63,768 bases of DNA, filler included, from Octopus bimaculoides (GCF_001194135.2; 5 parts of 5 records of this genome joined end to end with filler, not necessarily neighbours in it); one strand, 5' to 3'; numbered from the whole stretch's first letter, positions 24,992 to 37,879 are shown. Made by a program: numbers and translations. Notes: generated by a model from the letters alone, not told the origin.

Positions 24992-26268
24992 TACACACAC
25001 ACATACACACACACGCTCATATATATTGCCTGTGTATATTAAAATTTATATAGAAGATTTCTCTTTCCACCATTTTAAATGCTCATACAGACATATATGC
25101 TCGCATATCCACACATATGTATGTACATGAATTCTATTTAATCTACTTATTGCTTTGAGCTGTCGCTTTTTGATAACATGCGTTAAAATCCTCTGATATC
25201 TATTGATTTACAATATTTCCCATCTCTTGTAAGCCTTCCTTCGGTCAAGGTTGACTATGAATTTTCACATCTAGGTACCAGCCTGAGCAAGATGCTTTTT
25301 TTGAGGAAGACTAGCGGTTGTTTATATATGCAAGCTACGCCACCGACATCAATCGGAGGGAAAATCCTCAAGCCTTAGTGTCAAAACGCAAAGGAAAGGG
25401 ACAGATGCTGCAATACCTTTTGCCTGATCGCTCGCTCTTCACTAATCTGCAGGACTAAATTGCTTTTTTATCTATCGGTATCAAAAGGATGAAAAGCAAA
25501 CTTGAATCTGCAGGTTTTGAATTCAGAGTACAGAGACCGAGAACAAATAACACAAGTCATTCTATCCAGTACTCTAATATAATTCTGCCCATTCACTGCA
25601 TTCGATCCCTATCTGCTCTGGAACTTTAATTTTATTCCGATTTGAATTTAATATTGCTTTCAAATTTTTAGCATAAGGTCAGAAGTTTCAGGTGAGTGGT
25701 TGAGTCGATAACATCGATCCCAGTGCCCAACTGTTACTTATTTCATCAACCCCGAAATGATGAAAAGCAAAGTCGGCCACAGCGGAGTTTGAACGTAAAC
25801 ACAGGCGAAGTGCCGCTAAGCATTTGCCTGGTCTGCTAAGATTCTGCTTGCTCATCACCTTCTTTGAGCTCTTTTACGTGTACTTGAAATAAAATGATTA
25901 TAACAGCTTTCCCGTACATATTTAAAATATAGCCCTTTCAATAATGTGTAAGGTATTGCCCCATATTTTTGGCTGGTAGGCGCACCAGCTGCTCGGTTTA
26001 ACACCGCCATCTGTCCAGTATAAGAGTTAATATTCTGAAATTTGCAAGTTTTAGTCTTACGATCAAATTTATAAATACCACTGTTTATTCTCGATTTTAT
26101 ATGCCTGTGGTGTGTTATTAATAACGAGGTTTTGGGTTTACCCAGTGAACCCGAAAACAGGCTACACATGACCAATGTGATCTATAAATATATAATATGT
26201 TTTATTAGTCATAGTTTGTGCTGGAAGGGTCTCCAAGAGTAAGATGTTTAGTAAACGATGCTCTAATA

Positions 26269-26409
26269 TAGTGTAGGGCAAACTGCGGTCCACGGGAGTT
26301 TTTAAAGGTACGCCTAAACGAAAAATTACAGTGAATTGTTTTTTAGTAGTGCGGCCTGGTGAGGTATGTCTTATGCGGCCCACTTCTCAGAATAGGTTGC
26401 CCGAACCTG
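26269..26409. mobile_element. hAT/Charlie-type MITE
   Basis: Ends TAGTGTAGGGCAAACTGCGGTCC and TGCGGCCC...GGTTGCCCGAACCTG. TSD not recognisable. Confidence 0.6.
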
Positions 26410-27164
26410 ATTTAGAATGGGAGTGGTCAGGAATTCTTTACCACGTGTTTTTCATTTCATGGAAACATCGACTTATGGATAGTTAAAACTAGAGACATCA
26501 ACTGTGCCAATTTAAACATTCATGGTCAAATGCATAGCCGCGTGCTTTATGCTTGACTAAATCGCAAAAGAAACAGAAAATTAAAGACCTAAAGATTTTA
26601 AACTTTGACAAAGTATGCTGGGTCAAGTGATTAAATTGGATTCGCTCTAAGGAATGATTATCAAGAGAATTCACTGACGAAAAATTCCACTTGTAACACC
26701 GCCATCGAGGCAGTGAGTGAGTAGGCTTGTTAGTAAGTCGAACAAAATGGTTAGCAGTTCATTACGTTCTGCCGAGGACAACTTGACTTTTCATCCTTTC
26801 AGAGTAGATAAAGTGAAGTACCAGTCAAGTACTGGGTCTGATGTTTTCCCTACTCAAAAACTATTGGCATTGAATCCTGCTACAGGTCGGCGCCCCATCG
26901 AGGGAGAATGTTGTATTTCAGTCATTTATATCCCTTGGAAACAGGGTAACCGGCCTTATGCCTCCTATGGGTCGAGAAACAGAGAAAAAGAAAGAACCAC
27001 CACCACCACCACCATCACCACCACCACCACTACTACCAGTGCAAACATTCACTCTCAGCTACACACTGCCACTACACTGGCGTCCACATCACCACTAAAC
27101 GTATGCCATTATATGAAAGACACCCACGGACTAAGTCAGGCGGAAAACTATATTGGTTTCAAAT

Positions 27165-27368
27165 TTTGGCCCAAAGCCAACAATTTCAGAGGAGGGCGTA
27201 AGTCCATTCCATTGACCTCAGTACACAACTGGTACTGAGTTTATTGAACCTAAAAGGATGAAAGGCAAAACTGTCCACGACGGAATTTGAACTCTGAACG
27301 TGAAGTGGGACGAAATGCCGCTAAGCATTTCGTCCAGCATGCTAACGATTCTCCTAGTTCGCCGCCTT
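27165..27368 (-). mobile_element. SINE family C directly downstream of the 5S copy
   Basis: Minus-strand head GGCGGCGAACTAGGAGAATCGTTAGCA and central TTGCCTTTCATCCTTTTAGG. Confidence 0.75.
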
Positions 27369-27381
27369 TAAAAGTATGCTA

Positions 27382-27497
27382 CTTACAACTCCTAGGTTTC
27401 CCAAGTGGCCACCCATCTAAATACTAACTAGGCACGACGTTGCTTAGCTTCGGTGCTCGGAGAGAACCACCGCATTCAGCGTGATTTCACCGTAAGC
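27382..27497 (-). pseudogene. Dispersed, diverged full-length 5S rRNA copy
   Basis: Minus strand GCTTACGG...CCGAAGCTAAGCAACGTCGTGCCTAGTTAGTATTTAGATGGGTGGCCACTTGGGAAACCTAGGAGTTGTAAG aligns end to end with animal 5S. Box A is intact, box C is mutated, and TTTT follows 8 nt downstream. Confidence 0.9.
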
Positions 27498-27519
27498 AAA
27501 CTTAGAAGTATATACTAAC

Positions 27520-27962
27520 TCATTTACTTATTTACTTGTTTCAGTCATTTGACTGCGGCCATGCTGGAGTACCGCCTTTAGTCGAGCAAATCGACCCCAA
27601 GACTTATTCTTTTGTAAGCCTAGTACTTATNNNNNNNNNNACTTATTCTTTTGTAAGCCTAGTACTTATTCTATCGGTCTCTTTTGACGAACCGCTAAGT
27701 TACGGGGACGTAAACACACCAGCATCGGTTGTCAAGCGATGTTGGGGGTGGGCAAACATAGACAAACATATACACACACATACATATACATATATATACG
27801 AGGGGCTTCTTTCAGTTTCCGTCTACCAAATCCACTCACAAGGCTTTGGTCGGCCCGAGTCTATAGTAGAAGACACTTGCCCAAGGTGCCACGCAGTGGG
27901 AATGAACCCGGAGCTATGTGGTTAGTAAGCAAACTACTTACCACACAGCCACTCCTGTGCCT
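27520..27962 (-). mobile_element. SINE family B
   Basis: Head AGGCACAGGAGTGGCTGTGTGGTAAG...GGGTTCATTCCC; body matches 35175-35620. Confidence 0.9.
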
Positions 27963-29261
27963 AAGTGTAATAAAGAATAACAAAAATTGTACAGTTATCC
28001 GAAGGTTTTCCGGACATTTCTTGTCCATACAATTTCGACCGAAGACGGCTATGGCAGAAAAAAAAAACAAAAAAAAACCGACACCGGTCCAGCTTCCTGT
28101 ACTGCGAATTCGAAACTACGTGGTTACGTGGTTGCGAATTGCAAACTTTTTAACCACACGGCTATGTCTGCCCCTATGCTACTACTACTACTACTACTAC
28201 TACTAGTGTTTATTTTATAGTCTTGAAAGCATCAGCTTTCTTCGGTTTTTCTTTCACGTCCCTCTTCATTATTATCTGGGGCACCGGATATTAGGACGGC
28301 GTCCCGTTTAAAGACCTTGAAACAGTTCCCAACTGGAAGCGAAATATAACCATACTGGGTCAAACATATCATACAAGTATATAAGCCGGATATGACATAC
28401 ATACATGCATGCATGCATGCATACATACATACATACATACATACATACTATATGCACATATATATGTATATATATACATGCATGCATGCATATATCTACC
28501 TATAGATATGTGTGCACATTTATGCATACCTACACACACACGCGCACGCACACACACACACACACCTATATATATATGTAGACATATAGGTATGTAGAAA
28601 TGCGCACACGCATACACTGATACTTCACACAAACACACACGCGTAGATGTGCTGAGGCACATGCGCACTTATGTGGTGTGGGAAGAGGGTGGGATAATGA
28701 TATTAGGNNNNNNNNNNTATATATATATATATATATATATACTATTTATATAGACATGCATATATGTACATAAAAATATATATTTGTATATATATGTAGA
28801 TATCCATGCATACATACATACATACATACATACGTACATACATATATACATACATGGACATACACACATATATACCTGTGTGTGCATATGAGGGAGGGCG
28901 AGAAAGTAAGAAAAAAGGGGGGGATAGAGAGACTGACAGAGTGACAGACTGCAGACATGCAGAAGTAAATAAAGTTAATGAAAGACATAGTGAACATGGA
29001 AAACATTGAATTTGAAGAAATAAGTGTAAAGAAGTTAAAGAAAGAAGGAAAGGAAGAAACGAAGAAAGGAAGAACGATAGACGGAATAAAAGAAAATAAG
29101 AAAGAAAGAATGAGCTGTCGTATGGGGTCTGTTATGTAGAATCTCCACGCCGTTTTCCTAATGAGACATAACTGTGACCTGATATCACAGATATTTAAGC
29201 GTGTACTTAAACGAAAAGTTCTTTGGTTTACTTTTCAGAAACAGTAACAGTAATATTGGTT

Positions 29262-29571
29262 ACCTCGACCCCAGTGCTCAACTGGTACTTATTTTATCGA
29301 CCGAGAGAGGATGAAGGGCAAAGTTGACCTCGGCGGAATTTATACTGAGAACGCAAAGTCGGACAAAATGACGCTAAGCATTCTATCTGGAGTGCTAACG
29401 ATTCCGTCAGCTCACCGTTGCTCAACTGGTACTTATTTTACCGACCCCGAAAGGATGAAAAGCAAAGCTGACTTCGTTGGAATTTGAACTCAGAACGTAA
29501 AGTCGGACAAAATGCTTAATGCCATTAAGCATTTTGTCCGGAATGCTAACGATTTTGTCAGCTCGCCGTCT
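29262..29571 (-). mobile_element. Two tandem family C SINE copies
   Basis: GCTCAACTGGTACTTATTTTA...GGATGAA...CAAAG...CTAAGCATT...GCTAACGATT...GTCAGCTC occurs twice (about 29262-29420 and 29421-29571). Confidence 0.85.
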
Positions 29572-29712
29572 TAAAACTGAGAGTAATATTAGAAGTAGTA
29601 AGGGAATTGAAACCCCATACTTCATAACACTTACATCATATGAAACAACACTTAGCTATACTTACAATAACAGATCGCTATGAACAAACACTTTGCTACA
29701 CTTACTTTTATG

Positions 29713-30252
29713 TTGTTGTTGACACTCCGTCGCTTACGACGTCGAGAGTTCCAATTGATCCGATCAACGGAACAGCCTGCTCGTGAAATTAACGTGCAAG
29801 TGGCTGAGCACTCCACAGACACGTGTACCCTTAACGTAGTTCTCGGGGATATTCAGCGTGACACAGTGTGACAAGGCTGGCCCTTTGAAATACAGGTACA
29901 ACGGAAACAGGAAGAAAGAGTGAAAGAAAGTTGTGGNNNNNNNNNNCGTGCAAGTGGCTGAGCACTCCACAGACACGTGTACCCTTAACGTAGTTCTCGG
30001 GGATATTCAGCGTGACACAGTGTGACAAGGCTGGCCCTTTGAAATACAGGTACAACGGAAACAGGAAGAAAGAGTGAAAGAAAGTTGTGGTGAAAGTGTA
30101 CAGCAGGGTTCGCCGCCACCCCCTGCCGGAGACTCGTGGAGCTTTAGGTGTTTTCGCTCAATAAACACTCACAACGCCCGGTCTGGGAATCGAAACCGCG
30201 ATCCTATGACCGCGAGACCGCTGCCCTGACCACTGGGCCATTGCGCCTCCAC
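29713..30252 (-). mobile_element. SINE A1 with (CAA)n tail and 11-bp TSD, inserted in a degenerate minisatellite
   Basis: TSD TTACTTTTATG at 29702-29712 and 30253-30263. The internal duplication across the 10-N gap is an assembly overlap. Confidence 0.9.
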
Positions 30253-30702
30253 TTACTTTTATGGATAACTATTAACCAACGCTTAACCACACTTACACAA
30301 ACAAATTACAGTTTACTACACTTACATTAACAGTTAGCCATTAATCAACACTTCTACACTTAAAATAATAGATCACTATGAACAAGTACTCTGTTACACT
30401 TACGTTTACAGATAACTACTAATCAACACTTAATCATACTAACACGATTAGATAACTATTAACCAACACATTATAACACTTGCATTACATAACAGATCAG
30501 TGTTAACCAACTCTAAACTACACTTACATTAATTAACCAACACTTGTATTATATAATAGATCGTTACGAACCGAAGCCTTACGATTCACTGCATTTTTTT
30601 AATATACAACAGCGCGGGATCGAATCGGGTGCATGTTAATGCAATGCGGACTTCGTAACAAAACGGATACTCCTTCGCTCAGACAGTATATATTTCCTGA
30701 AA

Positions 30703-30910
30703 AGGTAGCAAGCTGGTCGAATTGTTAGCACGTCGAGCAAAATGCTTAGTAGTATTTCGCCCGTCTTTACGTTCTGAGTTCAAATTCGGCTAAGGTCGAC
30801 TTTGCCTTTCATCCTTTGGATCGATAAATCAAGTACCAGTTGAGTACTGAGGTCGATGGGATCGACTGTCCCCCTCCCCCCAATCCAGGTCTTGTGCCTA
30901 TAGTAAAAAA
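30703..30910 (+). mobile_element. SINE family C
   Basis: GTCGACTTTGCCTTTCATCCTTTGGATCGATAAATCAAGTACCAG...CTTGTGCCTATAGTA. Confidence 0.8.
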
Positions 30911-30944
30911 AAGTATATATTTCCTGCAAAAATTACTTCAGCTC

Positions 30945-30971
30945 CTGCTGCTGCTGTTGCTACTACTACTA

Positions 30972-31045
<74 letters not shown>
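30945..31045. repeat. Compound (CTG)n/(CTA)n microsatellite
   Basis: Direct reading. It explains the poly-Leu ORF at 30840. Confidence 0.95.
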
Positions 31046-31046
<1 letters not shown>

Positions 31047-31464
31047 GCAATCGACCAAATTGTAATCAATTATAATTTTTATAGGATTATAGCAAAGAGT
31101 TAATACTAATTAATAATTTGTTCTTTGCTTGCTCATTTATTTATTACTTTTATATTCTTTCTGTTGAATTTTGTCACGCTATAATTAATTAATACATAAG
31201 AAAACAATATAATTAGTGGAGCATGTTAAGAGCGAAATATAATATCCACAAATCATTCTGAGTTACAGCTATTGAAAGACGACAATTATATGCAGATTAC
31301 AAAATAGGATGTTTAAGATTAGAATGCCTTTGATCCTGAGTCTGCTCGAACAGAGCTGACCTTAGGCTCCAAAATAACTTTACTATTGTAAAAATATATA
31401 TTGGCGACAAAGGCAGTATTAATACGGTGAAGCAATATTTATTCAGAGGCAATATATATTCTGT

Positions 31465-31767
31465 GTGAATGCGCATGGTTCAGTGGTTAGAGCGTCGGGC
31501 TCACAATCGGTAGAAAGTTCGATTCCCAGACCGGGCTGTGTGTTGTGTTCTTGAGCAAGACACTTTATTTTTACTTTGCTCCAGTTCATTCAGCAATAGA
31601 AATTAGTTGCAGCGTCACTGTTATCAAGCTGTATCGGCCTTTGCCTTTCTCTTGGTATGCATGGGCGACTGCTAGTCCTCCATAAACAAAGATTGCCCGG
31701 ACTTGTGCCTCGGAGGGTAACTTTCTAGGTACAATCCCATGGTCATTCATGACCGAAGAGGGTCCTT
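31465..31767 (+). mobile_element. tRNA-headed CORE-like SINE with a third type of 3' module
   Basis: TGGTTCAGTGGTTAG (A box), GTTCGATTCCC (B box), TTGTGTTCTTGAGCAAGACAC, then a distinct tail ...CCCATGGTCATTCATGACCGAAG. Confidence 0.75.
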
Positions 31768-32013
31768 ACTTTAATACTTATCCCCACTTAAATGTGGATG
31801 TTCTGTTGGAACAAACTATACTGCAGTAGATGCCATGACAGAAACTCATATTAGCTTTTGGTGCAAAATGCACTCTTGTTTATATCACTAGCTATTTACT
31901 GATTTACTCTTGTTTTAGTCAGTGGACAATAGTCATGTTGGAGCACTGCTTTGTAGGTTTAGTCAAACACATTAACATTGCTACTTATTTTAAGTCTGGC
32001 GTTTACTTATACT

Positions 32014-32260
32014 GTGGAAGGGTGTGGATTAGTTGTTAGGGTGTTGCATTCATGATCGTAAGATTGTGATTTCGATTTCTTGAATAGGCGATGCGTTGTG
32101 TTCTTGAGCAAACTGCTTTTATTTTACGTTGCTTACTTTATTCCACTCAGCTGGCAAAAATGAGTAATCCTGCGACGGACCGGCTAGGTTGCGGGAATGC
32201 GTTCGACACAGAATCCGGGAAACCGGCCTTATGAGCCTATGACTTGGGAAGGACCTTAGA
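32014..32260 (+). mobile_element. tRNA-headed CORE-like SINE with V-like 3' module
   Basis: GTTGTGTTCTTGAGCAAA...CCACTCAGCTGGCAAAAATGAGTAATCCTGCGACGGAC...GGGAAACCGGCCTTATGAGCC. Confidence 0.7.
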
Positions 32261-32373
32261 TCCTTTGACTTACTTATACTAACGGTGTGCTCTGCCGAAC
32301 AGCAAGATTACGGGGGTGTTAACAAAGTAAAACCGGTTGTCAAGTGATAGGGAGACAAAACACAAACACGAGG

Positions 32374-32412
<39 letters not shown>

Positions 32413-32963
32413 AGATGAGACAAAAGTCAGGCATCAAAACAGTTGACATTTTATTTATATTACGTTATTATTATTACTATTACTATTACGGATTTGTTTC
32501 ATCATGTACAAGTAAGTGTATATTCATCATTATTTATTTTATTCAATCTTAGAGAAANNNNNNNNNNNNNNNNNNNNNNNNNNNNNNNNNNNNNNNNNNN
32601 NNNNNNNNNNNNNNNNNNNNNNNNNNNNNNNNNNNNNNNNNNNNNNNNNNNNNNNNNNNNNNNNNNNNNNNNNNNNNNNNNNNNNNNNNNNNNNNNNNNN
32701 NNNNNNNNNNNNNNNNNNNNNNNNNNNNNNNNNNNNNNNNNNNNNNNNNNNNNNNNNNNNNNNNNNNNNNNNNNNNNNNNNNNNNNNNNNNNNNNNNNNN
32801 NNNNNNNNNNNNNNNNNNNNNNNNNNNNNNNNNNNNNNNNNNNNNNNNNNNNNNNNNNNNNNNNNNNNNNNNNNNNNNNNNNNNNNNNNNNNNNNNNNNN
32901 NNNNNNNNNNNNNNNNNNNNNNNNNNNNNNNNNNNNNNNNNNNNNNNNNNNNNNNNNNNNNNN

Positions 32964-32998
<35 letters not shown>

Positions 32999-33173
32999 GC
33001 ATGCCTGTAATATTTTGGACTAATGGCTATATGTCGATTAGTGTGTTAATGTGTTGAGTAAAGCACTGGCACAGTTTGGGTTACTCGGTGTCATCCGCAG
33101 TTGGGATATATTTCTGTTCGATCTACTTCAGAAATTTCGCATTGTTAGTTGAGGTGATAATAATTGATTAAAT

Positions 33174-33305
33174 AAACAGAAGATAGATTTGGTATTAGTC
33201 TTTATTTTGTATGACGATCGTTTCGAACCATAAGAGACAGTAGCAGGATGGTTCGAAACGATCGTCGTACAAAACAAAGACGAATACAAAATCCATCTTC
33301 TGTTT
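33174..33305. repeat. Imperfect 58-bp inverted repeat with a 16-nt loop
   Basis: Arms 33174-33231 and 33248-33305 differ at 5 positions. Each arm contains GAAACGATCGTC on its own strand. Confidence 0.9.
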
Positions 33306-33335
33306 ACTTACTTACTTACTTACTTAATTAATTAA

Positions 33336-33365
33336 TTATTATTATTATCATTATTATTATTATTA

Positions 33366-33439
<74 letters not shown>

Positions 33440-33440
33440 A
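33336..33440. repeat. (ATT)n microsatellite preceded by (TTAC)n
   Basis: Direct reading. Confidence 0.95.
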
Positions 33441-34172
33441 TGGATAGTAAAACGAAATTCCATATTCCGTCTTTCATTTGCCAACTGTTTAAATGTTTTG
33501 CGTTCTTGTCCCATTTTGTATTTTTTTTTATATATATAGCGGCGTAAGTACACTTTGGTCTCTTATATTCATCTATATTTTGAACGAATTTATTCTTTTA
33601 TTCTTTTATTCTTTCCTTCTTTCTATCAGCCTTTTCACGTTTACTTCGTTCATTCCACTCTTCGTTCTTTCGTTCCCTCTCTCTCACATTGCATTGCCTT
33701 CTCTTCATGCTCACTTTCCCTCTTCTTTTCACTTCACTGTATCCCTGTCATTTTTCTCGCTCCTCCTTATTTCTTCTGTCCCTCTGTCTCTACCTTTCTC
33801 TCTTCTCTCCCCACGNNNNNNNNNNNNNNNNNNNNNNNNNNNNNNNNNNNNNNNNNNNNNNNNNNNNNNNNNNNNNNNNNNNNNNNNNNNNNNNNNNNNN
33901 NNNNNNNNNNNNNNNNNNNNNNNNNNNNNNNNNNNNNNNNNNNNNNNNNNNNNNNNNNNNNNNNNNNNNNNNNNNNNNNNNNNNNNNNNNNNNNNNNNNN
34001 NNNNNNNNNNNNNNNNNNNNNNNNNNNNNNNNNNNNNNNNNNNNNNNNNNNNNNNNNNNNNNNNNNNNNNNNNNNNNNNNNNNNNNNNNNNNNNNNNNNN
34101 NNNNNNNNNNNNNNNNNNNNNNNNNNNNNNNNNNNNNNNNNNNNNNNNNNNNNNNNNNNNNNNNNNNNNNNN

Positions 34173-34214
<42 letters not shown>

Positions 34215-35174
34215 GCATATACGACAAGCTTCCATACAGTTTCCATCTAAAAAACTCACTCACAAGGTATTGGTCAATCCGGGCCGAAAGAAGAAGACAT
34301 TTTCCCAAGGTGTTACGCAGTGTGAGTGAACCCTAATCTAACGTGGTTGCAAAGGAGATTCTTACCCACACTGCCATGTCTGTCTCTAGTTTGTATTAAC
34401 TGATTTATAGAAGAATTATACTTAAGAGTTCGCTGATTCACTAGTTAGGAATACCAGAAGTTCGCTGATTCACCAGTCAGGAATCGTTGAGACGATCAAA
34501 GATATCTCCCATAATCGTTCTGTAGATATTGCAATCAACAACATAGAACAGTCGCGACTGAAGGCGGTGCACCGATAAAGTTATATCTTTGATGTTTGCA
34601 ACGTTCGGAATTATTAGACAAGTTAAAATAACTTGCTGCTCTTTGAAGAAATACGCTGACATACTAAACCGAAGATAGCAATATGAAGTTTTTGGTGACT
34701 GTCTTAAGAAGTTTTCTATTTGTTATTATTGCTGTTATTATTGTTGTTGTGTGCAGTATTAGTTATTGTCTTTGTTGTTTAACCCCAGGTGACCCTTAAT
34801 TGATTAAAGGCTGTTAAATTTGGCTTTCCCGTCTTTTAAGGAGTATCTTTCACTACATACTCTGTATTATGTTATTGAAGACAGCTGAGCTATTATTTCA
34901 AAGTATTTAGCTGCTATTTCTACAGGTTAAGCTAGCGACCTCATAGATGTTCCCACGTTCGTTCTAGTGCTAACGCGGCGTTTGATGTGGTAAGGTTACT
35001 GCTGAGTGTTATTGATATAACAATGATCGAAAATATTAATGTTTATGTTGTGATTTCCTATGGTTATGAAGGACTGGCAGTTTTCCGATGTTCCCTTGAA
35101 TTACTTCTTGTATTTATTCGTTTAAACCTCGAATGCTTGTTTTTGATTTATGCCTCAGCATATTCCTCTTATCT

Positions 35175-35403
35175 CTCTTTTACTCTTTTACTTGTTTCAG
35201 TCATTTGACTGTGGCCATGCTGGAGCACCGCCTTTAGTCGAGCAAATCGACCCCAGGACTTATTCTTCGTAAGCCTAGTACTTATTCTATCGGTCTCTTT
35301 TACCGAACCGCTAAGTTACGGGGACGTAAACACACCAGCATCGGTTGTCAAGTGATGTGTGAGGGGTGGGGGGACAAACACAGCCACACAAACATATACA
35401 CAC

Positions 35404-35457
<54 letters not shown>

Positions 35458-35620
35458 GACGGGATTCTTTCAGATTTCGTCTACCAAACCCACTTACAAG
35501 GCTTTGGTCAGCCCGAGGCTATAGTAGAAGACACTTGCCGAAGGTGCCACACAGTGGGACTGAACCCGGAACCATGTGGTTGGTAAGCAAGCTACTTACC
35601 ACACAGCCACTCCTACGCCT
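35175..35620 (-). mobile_element. Full-length SINE family B
   Basis: Head AGGCGTAGGAGTGGCTGTGTGG (A box) and GGGTTCAGTCCC (B box), internal (TA)n, and an (AGTAAAAG)-type tail. Confidence 0.9.
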
Positions 35621-36632
35621 TATGTTGCTCTTAGTATAAGTGATGCTTCAAACTCTCTGCAATAATGATATAATTTATCAATTATTTCTCCAATAATTTC
35701 TTCCTGGAATTACAGTTCTCTGGAAGTCCCTTTCTTTTCACTTTTGTCTTCAACAAACATCAAAAATATCTCTAGTAGTTTAAGCTATTTTGTGTCAACC
35801 ACACCAAGATGCAAACTAATCTCCTCACCCAGACCTTCTCGAAATTTCATTTATTTGAAAAAATATATACATATCAACTGTTCATATGCAAGCGTTGTGT
35901 CTGAGTTTCAGGATGAAAGCCGATTTTTGTCATAAAATTCAGAGCAGAGGCAATGAACAATTAGCTTCTATGTATAGTTTATGACACACACACGCGCGCG
36001 CACGGACACACACACATACACACACACACACACACACATGGAGAGAGAAAGAGAAAAAGTGAGACAAGGAAACAGAGATTTTTACAATCAGTTACAATAA
36101 AGGAAGGACTCAAAACTGAAAAATCAGAAAGGTTTCGTTTTTCGGTTTAATATTTCCTTAGAACAGCATTAAAACCCTCATCTCTCACGTTTTCGGGGTC
36201 CGTAGAAAACGAAAGAGTTGAAATATCTGGCCATATTATCAGAAATGAATAAACCAAATATGAAAACATGTACTCATATATGTATATGCATATACATACA
36301 TGCAATACATACATGCAATACATACATACATACATACATACATACATACATACATACATGCATGTGTGTGTATGTTCATACACACACACACACACAAATA
36401 CACACACAACATGATATTTGTGGACTAAATTATTAAGTCTCACTTGATAAATCCTAGTTGCTGAAGTATCACAGTACGGAAGTACCGAATATTAGAAGAT
36501 AAAATGTGTACACTTGTATCATGTACTGAGGTCTAAGCTTGAAGGAAATCACTTCAATAGAACCATATTCTTCAGCCTTCACCAATTTGTTTTCACTGTT
36601 TCCCTTCGTAACGCACTTTATGCTTCTCTCTT

Positions 36633-36669
36633 TCTTCTGATGAAGGGACTAACGCTCAAAATATTAAGA
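36633..36669 (+). ncRNA. Decayed hammerhead motif related to the 18545 family
   Basis: TCTT-CTGATGA-AGGGACTAACGCTC-AAAA-TAT-T-AAGA; the downstream GTTAAACTAATAC is shared with the 18530-18680 repeat. Confidence 0.55.
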
Positions 36670-36949
36670 CACTTTCTCTTCCCATTAAAGAGTTAAACTA
36701 ATACCATATTTGTCGAACTTCGTTCCTCCTTTTGTCCTTTTTATTGATAATCGCATTTACACACACAACACGCATATACACAAACACATAGTAAAAGCAA
36801 CCCAGTAAATAACAGAACTATAGTCGAAAACATCATTTTACAGTAGAAATCATAAAAAATCGTCATATGTACAGTGAACATGGAAATCCAAAACGATACT
36901 CGCATATTTATTCGGAATATTTTCCGGCACATCCAAACATGAATATACT

Positions 36950-37260
36950 ATTCGCTGTGTGTTCATCACAGGAAAACAGCTTCTCCTCTACGACGAATAT
37001 GTGTTCATAATACACTCGATTCATTAGTACAAAAGATTCTGGAACACCGGTGTTTCGTTATGTTGTTTCTCGAAGCACCACTGGCCAACGAATATAACAA
37101 GGGTCAATGATTTTATTGACAATTCTTACGAACAGACCGTTCGTAGAGCCATGCTGATATCTGCCAGCCAATAGTAGTAAATCATCATACGCAAGCTTAA
37201 AAGCGAGATTTAAAACGAGGGCTTACAAGTAGAAATTTTCCACAGGGTAGTCCACATACT
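36950..37260 (+). mobile_element. Possible FLYWCH/MULE transposase N-terminal relic
   Basis: TGKQLLLYDEYVFIIHSIH*YKRFW resembles the FLYWCH start (GK.LL..DGY.F...YW). Short and interrupted. Confidence 0.3.
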
Positions 37261-37879
37261 TTGACTGTAATATTCTGGTAGAAACAATGCGGTCAGTGCT
37301 TCTGTGTAATTGAATTATCAATTAATCTCCTTTACTTGCCATCAATTAATCTCATTTACCAACATGATCCAAAGTTTGTTTTTTCTTAATTTTCAACGAT
37401 CATTTCTATACAGTAGGCTACTAACTGCAGGGCCAACAAGTAATGATGAAAACTATACTTCCGCTGATGACGGCAGCAATTTCCTATATCTCTCTTCCCT
37501 TCTCCCTTTGTTATTTTGTCTGCGTCTCTCTCTCTCTCTCTCACACTCCCTCCCCCTCTCTCTTTCTCCCTTCCTCCTCCTCTCCTCCTCTCGATTCTAC
37601 ACATTTGTATTTTTTTAATGCTACTCCGCATTGGCATTGCGTTTTGTATGTGATGATTAATTAGTGAGCTTTCAATTAATTATATATATATGTTCATTTA
37701 TACTCTTTCACGCATTTCATCCATCCGACAGTGACTATACTGGTGTACCCTGATGACGTCTATTTCAGCTGAGTGTGTGTAAGTGCGTGTGTCTGTGTAT
37801 GTATGTGTGTATACAGCAAGAGTGAGAAAGAGAGAGAGAGAGAGAGAAGGAGAAAGAGAGAGAGAGAAAAGGAGAGAGA

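Noticed and set aside
29775-30110. Exact duplications flanking short N gaps (also ~27602-27669, 41140-41500, ~56410-56540)
   Set aside because: Unmerged contig overlaps, not tandem duplications.
30170-30252. tRNA-like sequences (also ~8975-9053, 31465-31535, 35550-35620)
   Set aside because: These are SINE heads with A/B boxes that continue into SINE bodies and lack a complete cloverleaf.
34480-34575. SMLLIAISTERLW, a GPCR TM3-like peptide on the minus strand
   Set aside because: The short frame is bounded by stops and has no suitable splice sites.
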